The translations under genes were made by a program, and so were the position numbers. The notes below the pieces were generated by a model. It was not told the origin of the DNA. It saw only the letters and a list, made by a program, of their open reading frames with translations, and ran no database searches. A DNA stretch of 64,000 bases, taken from the IMG/VR virus record IMGVR_UViG_3300045988_150084. One strand, written 5' to 3'. Positions 9,468 through 17,781 of this stretch are shown one piece after another. The DNA comes from a virus. Numbering within the stretch: position 1 is the stretch's first letter; the number at the start of each line of letters is the position of its first letter.

Positions 9468-9542
9468 TGGCGGGGGATGTTGGACTCGAACCAACGATGC
9501 AGGAGTCAAAGTCCTGTGTCTTAACCACTTGACGAATCCCCT
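9468..9542 (-). tRNA. tRNA-Gln(TTG)
   Basis: Anticodon arm CAGGA-CTTTGAC-TCCTG, T-arm GTTGG-TTCGAGT-CCAAC, CCA encoded. Mismatch at the 1:72 pair. Confidence 0.8.
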
Positions 9543-9544
9543 AT

Positions 9545-9620
9545 TGGTGTACCAAGAGCGGCTCGAACGCTCGACCTACGGATTAAAAGTCCGTTGCTCT
9601 AGCCTACTAAGCTATTGGTA
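9545..9620 (-). tRNA. tRNA-Lys(TTT)
   Basis: Acceptor GTACCAA/TTGGTAC, anticodon arm ACGGA-CTTTTAA-TCCGT, T-arm GAGCG-TTCGAGC-CGCTC, CCA encoded. Confidence 0.85.
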
Positions 9621-9625
9621 CATGA

Positions 9626-9712
9626 TGGTGCGAAAGACGGGAATCGAACCCGTACAGTATTTCTACTGGGGGATTTTAAGTCCCCTGCGTCTGCCAGTTA
9701 CGCCACTCTCGC
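9626..9712 (-). tRNA. tRNA-Leu(TAA), type II
   Basis: Anticodon arm GGGGA-CTTAAAA-TCCCC, long variable arm, T-arm ACGGG-TTCGATT-CCCGT, CCA encoded. Confidence 0.8.
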
Positions 9713-9976
9713 ATGATAAATGGTTTTAGCGTTTTTTCCTTAACGACCTAGCTTTTCAGATGTGTTTTAGTGCTGGCCAGTCACTTCAAGCATAGTCCCA
9801 TTCACATCAGGGGCTTTAGGATTCGGTGCGATGCTCCTGCCATTTCAGACAGGTTACATTGTAGAGATGGTTCCAAGAGGTTTTCTTCTCTCAGGAAGTT
9901 CTCCTCATTACGGTTTATATCATATCACTTTTTCGGTCTGTTGTAAACAAAAAATTTATTTATATAACGTAATTTT

Positions 9977-10555
9977 TCATTTACCCAACTCATCGAAGAA
10001 AGACGGCTGGAGTGCGAACATGAAGTCCTTATATGACTCATCGAGGGAAACCATGTCAGCATAGTCTTGTTCAAAAAACTTGTGCAGTTCCCCATAGTTA
10101 CGGTCAGAGACTTCTCGAATAGCATACTTCTCGCCGCTCTCGCTCTCAATCACGTTACCGTTCACGGTCTTGGAGTGCTTTACTAAGTCGTAGAAGATAT
10201 TCTCATCCATGACATAGCAGAATCCTGTGATATAAAGTATCTTCTTCTCGCCGATTAGTTTACGAATCCGCTCAAAAGACTGCCGTTTCTTGTTCTCTAC
10301 CTTGCGTTCTACGCCGAAGATGGTCACGCGCAAGTCAGAATCAGCACCCTCACGAATCTTTTTATACGCGCCAGAACCGTCAATGATACGAGCTTCAAAC
10401 CCCTGTCTCTGAAAATGCAGGAGCAACTTTTTTTCAGACTTCTTTCCTCGCCGCTTATTGGAACGACCGATAGCCTGTCTCGATTTGCTCTTCTTACGCT
10501 CAAACTTGTTGTACTCTTTACACTTACGACACATACCGCGAGTCTCACTAGACAA
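9977..10555 (-). CDS. putative Holliday-junction resolvase-like nuclease (Hjc/PD-(D/E)XK fold)
   Basis: Pattern G..SEKKLLLHFQRQGFEARIIDGSGAYKK...DSDLRVTIFGVERKV parallels the Hjc signature GFxxxR..SG...D....E.K. Basic N-terminus with a CxxC. Confidence 0.45.
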   Translation of the reverse strand: MSSETRGMCRKCKEYNKFERKKSKSRQAIGRSNKRRGKKSEKKLLLHFQRQGFEARIIDGSGAYKKIREGADSDLRVTIFGVERKVENKKRQSFERIRKLIGEKKILYITGFCYVMDENIFYDLVKHSKTVNGNVIESESGEKYAIREVSDRNYGELHKFFEQDYADMVSLDESYKDFMFALQPSFFDELGK

Positions 10556-10566
10556 GCAGTACGGCT

Positions 10567-10755
10567 TTACGACACACTCAGAAATGGTGCATCCACCTCC
10601 TCTACATCGTCAATCACGATATTCGCAAACATATCCTCATCTGCATAGTCCTCTGGATAATCAATCATCCTCTGTTTTGCTTCTTCCTTTGAGGTAGCGC
10701 GGACAATAGAACTATCTTCCGTATGCCACCTCACCCGATACATCTTAGCCTCCAA
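10567..10755 (-). CDS. hypothetical small acidic protein
   Basis: 62-aa ORF. Confidence 0.35.
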   Translation of the reverse strand: MEAKMYRVRWHTEDSSIVRATSKEEAKQRMIDYPEDYADEDMFANIVIDDVEEVDAPFLSVS

Positions 10756-10880
10756 AGTGGATATACCTTCCCGCTACTTTCTCGATTAGCGACAAAACAC
10801 CGTTCATTACAACCCAGCCAAGTGCCAGACCAGCACTTAACATAGCTCCATCGACAAACAACATATACATCACTTTCCTT

Positions 10881-11099
10881 TCAGTTAAATAGCCATTTTG
10901 CGAGCTCAAGGGCTTCCAAAAACAGCCACGCGCCCATAGTAAAAAAGAACCCCATTAATACAAAAGGGAAAAGTTTCACCGTCACATCTGTAAAACCTTC
11001 AATAAAGCGTTTAACGACGAGAAGGAAAGGACGCGCCCCCTTTGCCAGCTCTGGATGTTTCTTATAAAGTTTACAATAAATATTATCCATAAACATTTT
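10881..11099 (-). CDS. hypothetical membrane protein (start trimmed to an internal Met)
   Basis: Hydrophobic C-terminus. The ORF-track start overlaps the upstream gene by 83 nt, so an internal Met abutting the upstream stop was chosen. Confidence 0.3.
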   Translation of the reverse strand, partial: KMFMDNIYCKLYKKHPELAKGARPFLLVVKRFIEGFTDVTVKLFPFVLMGFFFTMGAWLFLEALELAKWLFN

Positions 11100-11100
11100 A

Positions 11101-11439
11101 TTACTCCAATCTATCAGGTACAGGCTCTCCCCATAAATCATGCCGCGCAATATCACAAAACATATCGGCAATGCCAAGTTCATTGATACCGAAAGAAATA
11201 GCCAGAGCCTTGTTGCCCTTTACTGTCTCGCGAATTTCCTTTAATGTTTCCAGATACTCCATTATCACCTTCGCTTTCATGTTGCAGATAAGGGGAGAAC
11301 GACGGAGAGCAAGCTCTGCTGCGTAAAGAGCATTGTTTTCCTCATCTGAAAAGATAAACTTCATATCTTCTTTTTCTTCTTTCAGACGCATCTTTTCGAT
11401 AATTTTAATAGCTTTCTTTCTCTTCATTTTACTCACCAA
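11101..11439 (-). CDS. hypothetical protein
   Basis: 112-aa ORF. Confidence 0.4.
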   Translation of the reverse strand: MVSKMKRKKAIKIIEKMRLKEEKEDMKFIFSDEENNALYAAELALRRSPLICNMKAKVIMEYLETLKEIRETVKGNKALAISFGINELGIADMFCDIARHDLWGEPVPDRLE

Positions 11440-11828
11440 TCTTCACACAGAGCTAATTCTTCATCACCATATTTACACCACATATAGCTGCAATAATCGG
11501 CTTCATTGACGTGCTTGTTGAAATCATACCAAGCCATATCAACTAACCTATCATACACTTTCCTTTTCTTGAAATAATACTTTTGAAGCAAGCGATATTT
11601 CGCCAGTTTCTTTCCTTTTTCAAGGTCAAACTCATCATCTGGATGGCACTTCGCAACACCGACCAGCCCATCTTTTGTAAGCTCATCGGCATACTTTCCT
11701 AGGCTGTCCTTCACTTGAATAGAGAGGTGTTTTTCTTCAAAGATACCATTTACGATTTGATAGCCGTCTGGCTCATCTCCAGAAAACCGAGCGTAGACAT
11801 TGTTCCCCTTGCGCGTATACTCAATCAT
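11433..11828 (-). CDS. hypothetical protein
   Basis: Start reassigned to MIEYTRK, which is preceded by RBS GAGGAGG. An ATGA overlap links it to the upstream gene. Confidence 0.45.
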   Translation of the reverse strand: MIEYTRKGNNVYARFSGDEPDGYQIVNGIFEEKHLSIQVKDSLGKYADELTKDGLVGVAKCHPDDEFDLEKGKKLAKYRLLQKYYFKKRKVYDRLVDMAWYDFNKHVNEADYCSYMWCKYGDEELALCEDW

Positions 11829-12099
11829 TGTTTTCCTCCTCAAGAAGTCCAAGTGCTTCTGGCAGACTGAGGATGCCATTTTTGTGTAGCCATTCTTTTT
11901 CCTTGTCCGCTTTCCATGACGCATCGGAGCAGAAATCATCATACCAATCTAGCAGAGACAGAATCACCTTTCCGCATCTATCGCACCTGCAAACATCATA
12001 AATCTTTACGTTCGCGTTCATATAGCTAGAAGAAATTACATACGCTGGAATACGCTTTCCTTTCCGCTTATGTCCGAAGAGCTTACAAAGAATATTCAC
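11821..12099 (-). CDS. hypothetical Cys-containing (zinc-finger-like) protein
   Basis: 92 aa with CRCDRCGK. Confidence 0.4.
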   Translation of the reverse strand: MNILCKLFGHKRKGKRIPAYVISSSYMNANVKIYDVCRCDRCGKVILSLLDWYDDFCSDASWKADKEKEWLHKNGILSLPEALGLLEEENND

Positions 12100-12112
12100 T
12101 ATCTATTCCTCC

Positions 12113-12277
12113 TCAAAGAATAAATCCTGCAAGTTCCAAGAGTTTCAAGAGCAAGAAAACTCCCACACCGACCGCTAAAACTATGATGATAAATCTTGCC
12201 AAAAGTATAAGGAAACAGACTACGGCAACGAGAATAAACCAAAGTAAACCACCGATAATACAGATAATTTCTTTCAT
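12113..12277 (-). CDS. small hydrophobic membrane protein (54 aa, below the ORF-track size cutoff)
   Basis: MKEIICIIGGLLWFILVAVVCFLILLARFIIIVLAVGVGVFLLLKLLELAGFIL. RBS AGGAGGAG precedes the ATG. The 66-aa ORF 12099-12299 in another frame looks spurious. Confidence 0.45.
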   Translation of the reverse strand: MKEIICIIGGLLWFILVAVVCFLILLARFIIIVLAVGVGVFLLLKLLELAGFIL

Positions 12278-12504
12278 TTGCTCCTCCTGTACTCCTCACA
12301 ACTCCACGACAAATCTCCCATAGTGACAGGGGACTGTTTCATACTCTTTTTACAGAACTCAGAATCTTTATTTCTATGGCAGCTTGTCTCGGCGCAATCG
12401 GCTAAACAGAAGCAAATATCCGAACTTTTCCCTGTGTACTTCCATGTATGATACTCCTTAGTCCCCAATTCTGGGTTTTGACCCACGACATCAAGGTTTT
12501 CCAT
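12274..12504 (-). CDS. small Cys-rich protein
   Basis: 76 aa with CFCLADCAETSCH...FC. Confidence 0.4.
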   Translation of the reverse strand: MENLDVVGQNPELGTKEYHTWKYTGKSSDICFCLADCAETSCHRNKDSEFCKKSMKQSPVTMGDLSWSCEEYRRSK

Positions 12505-12722
12505 TACTTGTTTCCTCCTCTGTTCAAAAACGACTTCTTGATATTCTTCATCACACTTGCTGGAATACCAGCCGTAACACTCAGAGCAACCAATGTCTCC
12601 GATTTGCCGTCCGTATATCCATGAGAGTAATCACTTTCTTCTTTTGGAATCATAGAAATTTCTTCACACACATCGGAGTACATACGGATAATTTCCTCTC
12701 TGATTTTATTGCTAAGTTCCAT
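12504..12722 (-). CDS. hypothetical protein
   Basis: 72-aa ORF with coupled stop/start to its neighbours. Confidence 0.4.
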   Translation of the reverse strand: MELSNKIREEIIRMYSDVCEEISMIPKEESDYSHGYTDGKSETLVALSVTAGIPASVMKNIKKSFLNRGGNK

Positions 12723-13099
12723 TATTTATCCTCTCTTACCGTAATCCTTAATGAGTCCTTACTTATTTCTCCTTCGATAAAAGAAATGATGTAGTCACCG
12801 TACAATTCGATTCGGAAGAATCCTCCATAAACAGAATTAATGAAAACAATACCTAATGAAAACTTGTCATGTATAACGCACACCTGTGTATCGTATTTAT
12901 GTAAAAAGAGAGTCATATCGTTACCAATGACCACTTTATTATGTCCATTCACGATAGAGGAAAAGAGGTCTTCAAGGGTTTTTATATTTTGGTAAGCGAG
13001 TTTTTTATTCTCCTTCGAAAAGTCTTGTATGTTCATCTTATAAGAGTGGAGCGTCACTACATTCCTTTCACCGAATACCGAACGTTCAATTATTTGCAT
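12722..13099 (-). CDS. hypothetical protein
   Basis: 125-aa ORF. Confidence 0.45.
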   Translation of the reverse strand: MQIIERSVFGERNVVTLHSYKMNIQDFSKENKKLAYQNIKTLEDLFSSIVNGHNKVVIGNDMTLFLHKYDTQVCVIHDKFSLGIVFINSVYGGFFRIELYGDYIISFIEGEISKDSLRITVREDK

Positions 13100-13320
13100 T
13101 TCCAGTTTCCATCCTCAAATACTGCGTCAAAAGCATCCCCTGCTAAATACTTTTTGTCAAAATCGCTTTCTGGAATAGCGCATCCACAGGTAAGACAATC
13201 CTCATCACAACCGTCACAATCCAGTTTATTCCGCGTACAGAAATCGCAACACATGTTGTTCATCTCGCAATCTTCAACAGCGTCCTTACACTTCAAAACA
13301 CCACGACCTTTCCATGCCAT
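13090..13320 (-). CDS. small Cys-rich protein (12 Cys in 76 aa)
   Basis: CKDAVEDCEMNNMCCDFCTRNKLDCDGCDEDCLTCGC. Metal-binding-like. Confidence 0.45.
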   Translation of the reverse strand: MAWKGRGVLKCKDAVEDCEMNNMCCDFCTRNKLDCDGCDEDCLTCGCAIPESDFDKKYLAGDAFDAVFEDGNWKCK

Positions 13321-13502
13321 CCTTCCTGCATAACCCTACAAACCAAGTTATACGCTCCATCCTCTGTATATGTGTGTACCTTCGCTTTAGGTGGATATTT
13401 CTTTAGTTCGTGAATCATATCTTCCACAGTCATTCCCTTAATGTATGTAGCAAACCGTTTTCTCGATGGGGAGCGGTCAATATTTTCAACCTTCGTAATC
13501 AT
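13293..13502 (-). CDS. hypothetical protein
   Basis: Start moved to MITKVENID, which makes a GCATGA overlap with an upstream small ORF. Confidence 0.4.
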   Translation of the reverse strand: MITKVENIDRSPSRKRFATYIKGMTVEDMIHELKKYPPKAKVHTYTEDGAYNLVCRVMQEGWHGKVVVF

Positions 13503-13642
13503 GCGTCGAACCCCAGATAGTAGTCCCAAGAGCAAGCGACAGACACGGCCAGTTCGTACTTGCCCCAGCCGACTTCTCTTGCAAGCATAATGACTTCTTT
13601 CATTTTCTCGATTAGCTCATCAATCTTCTCTTCTTTTTCCAT
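13500..13642 (-). CDS. possible small ORF (47 aa, MEKEEKIDELIEKMKEV...)
   Basis: Found by manual translation. Preceded by GAGAGGAAAG. Partially overlaps ORF 13620-13868 in another frame. Confidence 0.25.
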
Positions 13643-13868
13643 TCGCTTTCCTCTCGAACCATAAACGGCATAACTCCTTCGCGTGATTTACCACGTTCAC
13701 AATATCCTCATTTCCATTCACGTTGATGCTCATTTCTTTCAGCGTCCCCTGTATAGCATCATCGTAGATAGTAATTGTTATCAAATCTGAACCCACCACC
13801 TTTTTTAATGATATAAAGCGCCTCGGCAATCGCCCCAAGAAGCGCTCCAAAGATAAGCACGGCAACAT
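13620..13868 (-). CDS. hypothetical protein
   Basis: 82-aa ORF. Confidence 0.35.
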   Translation of the reverse strand: MLPCLSLERFLGRLPRRFISLKKVVGSDLITITIYDDAIQGTLKEMSINVNGNEDIVNVVNHAKELCRLWFERKANGKRRED

Positions 13869-13950
13869 AGCTCAAAAAAGTAATCATAGTTACCTCAACT
13901 TTCTATGAATAAACTTGCAACTAATTAAAACAAATAGCATATAGTTACTG

Positions 13951-14172
13951 CTAAATCAGCATTTTAAGCTCCAAAAGCTCTTTTACAAGGGCCATAATCT
14001 TGCGCTTAATGCTGCATGCTGACGAAGCTGTGGTATAGCTGTAGCCCGCCGTCTTTCCAATCTCATCTGCATCAGCTCTTCCACAAACATCTCTACATAG
14101 AGAGTTCACAAGTAATCTACACAGCTCTGCTTTTTCCATAGTGAGTTCTGTTCTCTCATTCATATCTATCAC
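13951..14172 (-). CDS. hypothetical protein
   Basis: 73-aa ORF. Confidence 0.35.
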   Translation of the reverse strand: MIDMNERTELTMEKAELCRLLVNSLCRDVCGRADADEIGKTAGYSYTTASSACSIKRKIMALVKELLELKMLI

Positions 14173-14175
14173 TCC

Positions 14176-14421
14176 TCAGATGATATGCTCTTCTGGCCGC
14201 AAAATGCCATTTTCTGTAAGCTCCCTCTCGTCAACAAATGTATACCGATTGACGAACAGCGGGCATCTGTGGCACTCAGGTAACGTATAGTCCGTCATTG
14301 CATCATACCTTCCCCCGCACAGATAGATTTTTCTGCCGCTAGTTGTCTTAATTGATTCAACTGCGTTTCCTTTTCTCTTTTCCTCACCCTTGCGTACTAA
14401 CTCACACGCGCTCTGTCTCAT
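14176..14421 (-). CDS. hypothetical protein
   Basis: 81-aa ORF. Confidence 0.35.
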   Translation of the reverse strand: MRQSACELVRKGEEKRKGNAVESIKTTSGRKIYLCGGRYDAMTDYTLPECHRCPLFVNRYTFVDERELTENGILRPEEHII

Positions 14422-14457
14422 ATTTCTTCCTCCGAATAGATAATATTTGTTTTACAT

Positions 14458-14820
14458 TCATTTCGTTTCGCGAACAACTTCCGCAATTCTAGAAATAAAA
14501 TCTACAATATGGTCTTCTGTAATAGAAATATTATCTGGTGTGATAACAGATGCAGCAATCATTGCATAGATTGTTTTTCTGTCTGGAATCAAAATCAATA
14601 CAAGTGTGCATACAACTATGCTGGCAGTACAAATTTTTATTCCTTTAACTACAAGCACCCTCATTTTTTCTAAATCAGAATTACTAGTAGTAAAGAATAT
14701 ACCAAACAACAATAGCAGCAAAATAGGCACAGAGATACATAAAACAATGGCTGATGAATTATAAATTACATCGGAGACATGAATAAGATAAAACCATGTC
14801 GGTGAGATAATCGCGTCCAT
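14458..14820 (-). CDS. integral membrane protein (3-4 TM helices)
   Basis: 120 aa with several hydrophobic helices. Superinfection-exclusion-type candidate. Confidence 0.45.
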   Translation of the reverse strand: MDAIISPTWFYLIHVSDVIYNSSAIVLCISVPILLLLLFGIFFTTSNSDLEKMRVLVVKGIKICTASIVVCTLVLILIPDRKTIYAMIAASVITPDNISITEDHIVDFISRIAEVVRETK

Positions 14821-14837
14821 TTTGCTTAATCACCACC

Positions 14838-15041
14838 CTATATACGTATACATTCAAAATCCATAACTTCTGGTGTCTGTTCATCTTTCTCAAGCCAGCC
14901 CTTTCCTGCTGGAACTACAAGCGCACCGCTTTTCCCGTCGATATAAATTAGGTCACCAGTCAAGATACTCCTGTCCGTGTTTCCCTTTGTTACCTTGTAG
15001 ACTTTATTAGGCTCTAACCTCATTCGCGCTCCCTCCTCCAT
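14838..15041 (-). CDS. hypothetical protein
   Basis: 67-aa ORF. Confidence 0.35.
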   Translation of the reverse strand: MEEGARMRLEPNKVYKVTKGNTDRSILTGDLIYIDGKSGALVVPAGKGWLEKDEQTPEVMDFECIRI

Positions 15042-15238
15042 TTCACACCGTAAATATCAAACTTGTAGAGCAGAATCCAAAATGGATATTGGATTCTTTT
15101 CAAATATTCAAATTTACGATTAATAACACGTTGAATCTTTTTGGCTTTCTGTTCGTCTTTTATAGAATCCCTCCATTCGACTAATTCAAGGATTCCCATA
15201 AAGCATGTATATCCTGATTCTCTTGTGTGTCTGCTCAT
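15020..15238 (-). CDS. hypothetical protein
   Basis: 72-aa ORF. Confidence 0.35.
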   Translation of the reverse strand: MSRHTRESGYTCFMGILELVEWRDSIKDEQKAKKIQRVINRKFEYLKRIQYPFWILLYKFDIYGVKWRRERE

Positions 15239-15247
15239 CTTATTGCA

Positions 15248-15835
15248 TTACATACGCCCTTTCTCTAAGCAATCTATTTCCCTATTGAGATACCACGCAG
15301 CTTTTCGGAGGTCTTGTAAGCTGTCGGCGGTCTTGTGCCCGGCGCGGGCGATGTACTTGACTACGTTGCCGAGGTTAAAGCCGAGTCCCCATGCTTCGAT
15401 GGCGTCGATAGCTTCAACACCGCCTGTCTTGTAATACGATGGATGATTAACGGCTTCACGTTTCTCGATATGTTCAAGCTGCTCTTGTGCATACGTCGGA
15501 GCATCATCAGAGCCATGATTATCTTTTATTCCTGCTTCGTGTTTCCACATATCCTCAAGTGCAAATCTACAACCTATTGTACCCGGATTGCACCCGCACG
15601 AGTTCTTACACCTGCATTTACCGCAATTAGTCTTAGTCCTTACAAAATCACGCGCCGCATAAGAGAGCGCCTGTTTGTATCTCGTGACCATCTGCTTTTC
15701 TTTTTTCGTATTCATTAGCTCTTCTTTCTCTTTAAGGTCTGCAAGCTGCTCCTGCGCGTATGTCGGAGCGTCAATGATGCAATCTTCTGCATCAATTTCA
15801 TTTCCGTTTGTGTCGTAATGTACTGTTCTGCTCAT
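15248..15835 (-). CDS. DUF3310-family phage protein
   Basis: C-terminal HPSYYKTGGVEAIDAIEAWGLGFNLGNVVKYIARAGHK...DLRKAAWYL matches the DUF3310 signature. Cys cluster CGKCRCKNSCGC. Internal duplicated DAPTYAQEQL. Confidence 0.6.
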   Translation of the reverse strand: MSRTVHYDTNGNEIDAEDCIIDAPTYAQEQLADLKEKEELMNTKKEKQMVTRYKQALSYAARDFVRTKTNCGKCRCKNSCGCNPGTIGCRFALEDMWKHEAGIKDNHGSDDAPTYAQEQLEHIEKREAVNHPSYYKTGGVEAIDAIEAWGLGFNLGNVVKYIARAGHKTADSLQDLRKAAWYLNREIDCLEKGRM

Positions 15836-15852
15836 CTTCTTCTCCCTTCCTC

Positions 15853-16077
15853 CTATCCGCGTCCCATCATCTTGTTTACGATTCCATCTACCTCAGCCTT
15901 TTCATCATCGCTCAGATTGTCGTATTGAGGTGCGATAAACTCGGTTTCTTTCAGGGCTTTAAGTAGCGACTTTGCGAGAAAACTAAAGACACTTTTCGGA
16001 ATGTCTGCTCCGCTCTTGTTCAGAATGTCCATGATTTCAGCTATTGCCAAAACGTCTGAAAGTTTATCCTTGTTCAT
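15853..16077 (-). CDS. hypothetical protein
   Basis: 74-aa ORF. Confidence 0.4.
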   Translation of the reverse strand: MNKDKLSDVLAIAEIMDILNKSGADIPKSVFSFLAKSLLKALKETEFIAPQYDNLSDDEKAEVDGIVNKMMGRG

Positions 16078-16586
16078 CTTCTTCTCCTCTTCTTCAAATG
16101 ACTAATCTCTCTCATCAATCCAGCGAGGAAAACCTTATCCTTACTGTTCCATGACTTTTTTAATTCTCTTGATAATGAACGAATCAGGTACATTTTCATG
16201 TCATTTTCCCTCGATTTGCTCATACTCTTTCTCTTAGCTTTCTTCACACATTCAAGGTCAGTACCTACAAGAACGCCTATCTCATCGGGAATCTTGTCCT
16301 TCACGGCCTGATATAAAGCTCTCGGCATGACATAGTAGTTGTAGTGACCTTCAAAATTGTGTCCGTGCTTGCTGTGGAAATCCCCCTCAGAAACCTTTAT
16401 CTCATAGCACCAGATTGTCCCCTTCGTGTTTGTCTGCATAAAGTCAACGCGCTTTTTTCCATACCAGCCAATAGTTACCTCTGGACAACCGAAAGTTCTG
16501 AACTCTACCGTTTTTCTGATAAGGGCATGTTCCAGCTTTAGTGTTTCTTCGCTTTTCATGCTAACCTCTTCAATACTCGAAAGCAC
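16074..16586 (-). CDS. PD-(D/E)XK nuclease-superfamily protein
   Basis: RVDFM...CYEIKVS fits the D-(x)n-E-x-K motif. Confidence 0.5.
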   Translation of the reverse strand: MLSSIEEVSMKSEETLKLEHALIRKTVEFRTFGCPEVTIGWYGKKRVDFMQTNTKGTIWCYEIKVSEGDFHSKHGHNFEGHYNYYVMPRALYQAVKDKIPDEIGVLVGTDLECVKKAKRKSMSKSRENDMKMYLIRSLSRELKKSWNSKDKVFLAGLMREISHLKKRRRR

Positions 16587-16870
16587 AAATCATCCACGGT
16601 AACATTTTGATTAGCTCTTGTGTACCTGTGCTCCCTTTTATTCCTTTCGTGTTTGATAGGGACGCATAACGCTTCTTCCCCGATATGCAATCCCTTGAAT
16701 GAACGGTTATTCGCCTGTACCGCTCCCATCTCCTCAATAATTCTCTTGGTGCAAGGATGTCCTATATAGTGTGGAACACCTTCGATATGTACCGCTTTTC
16801 GAGGAATGGTATAGATACTGTAAACACCGTCTTTAGGCATCACGCTAGTCGATAAAACTGCCACAATCAT
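16556..16870 (-). CDS. hypothetical protein
   Basis: 104-aa ORF. Confidence 0.35.
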   Translation of the reverse strand: MIVAVLSTSVMPKDGVYSIYTIPRKAVHIEGVPHYIGHPCTKRIIEEMGAVQANNRSFKGLHIGEEALCVPIKHERNKREHRYTRANQNVTVDDLCFRVLKRLA

Positions 16871-17757
16871 TTCTTTTTATGTGCGCTCCTTCCGAAAGAA
16901 CAATACTTCCAGACTGGACAGAACCCTGCACACTTGCGCCCTCCCCATCTCTCTCGATAAGAACATGGAGGAGGAGTTACATGAGCTTCTAGTGCTTCTT
17001 GCAACCTGTGAGCCTTGGTCAGCATGTACTTCTGAATCCACTCATCGGAAATCTTATTGATACGGATAAGCTGCATATTGGTATTCACACCGCGGTCACG
17101 AGCAGAAAACGTCCCAGCATCGCGTGTAAATATCTCCACTTGCATATCATCAACAGGAAGGCCGATAGACTCTACCATTATCCGATAAGCATTGAGCTGA
17201 ATGGCAACATCATGTACATCCCTGATACCGCGCGTGTAGTATGTTTTGTACTTCTTCTTACCGTTCCTCCACTTCTCTTGCTTTCCGTCCTTACCGATGA
17301 CAGGTTCTTTATGCTTGACCAGCCCCATCGCATGAGCCGTCTTAAGGCTCCCATAGGTCTTCACGTCGTACAGGATATGTCTCTTGCCATCATAGCAGTC
17401 AAACTGTCCTGTATACGTCCCTGTTGGGTCTGTGAGCCGTTTCTCTGCAACCATCTGGTCATTCTCAAGGAACTGTTCGAGGAAAGCATGACAGCCTGTA
17501 CCAAAGATAGCGAAAATACTGTCTTGTGGGTTGATTGAGTAGTTCCTCGTTAGCTTCAAATACTCTTCTCTAGTCCCACTAAGGAGCTGCGTAGCAGATG
17601 GCTTTCCAGTCCACTCTCTTTGCTCTGAAATAGCCTTGAGCGTCCTGTGAGATAAGCACCTCCCTGCATCAAAACATCCTCCGATTCGACACTTCGTTAA
17701 ACACTTCTCGATTTGCACATCCTTCCCATCAGGGCAGATGTATTTGTTATATGGCAA
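16867..17757 (-). CDS. Cas4/RecB-like PD-(D/E)XK exonuclease with Cys clusters (probable Fe-S)
   Basis: DxK motif (LYDVKT). C-terminal CSYRERWGGRKCAGFCPVWKYC and N-terminal CPDGKDVQIEKCLTKC Cys clusters. Confidence 0.6.
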   Translation of the reverse strand: MPYNKYICPDGKDVQIEKCLTKCRIGGCFDAGRCLSHRTLKAISEQREWTGKPSATQLLSGTREEYLKLTRNYSINPQDSIFAIFGTGCHAFLEQFLENDQMVAEKRLTDPTGTYTGQFDCYDGKRHILYDVKTYGSLKTAHAMGLVKHKEPVIGKDGKQEKWRNGKKKYKTYYTRGIRDVHDVAIQLNAYRIMVESIGLPVDDMQVEIFTRDAGTFSARDRGVNTNMQLIRINKISDEWIQKYMLTKAHRLQEALEAHVTPPPCSYRERWGGRKCAGFCPVWKYCSFGRSAHKKK

Positions 17758-17781
17758 TTTATCACTTCTCCTCTGTCTATT

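Noticed and set aside
12099-12299. 66-aa ORF from the ORF track
   Set aside because: Composition is unlike a protein and there is no RBS. A different frame on the same strand encodes a convincing RBS-preceded 54-aa TM protein (12113-12277).
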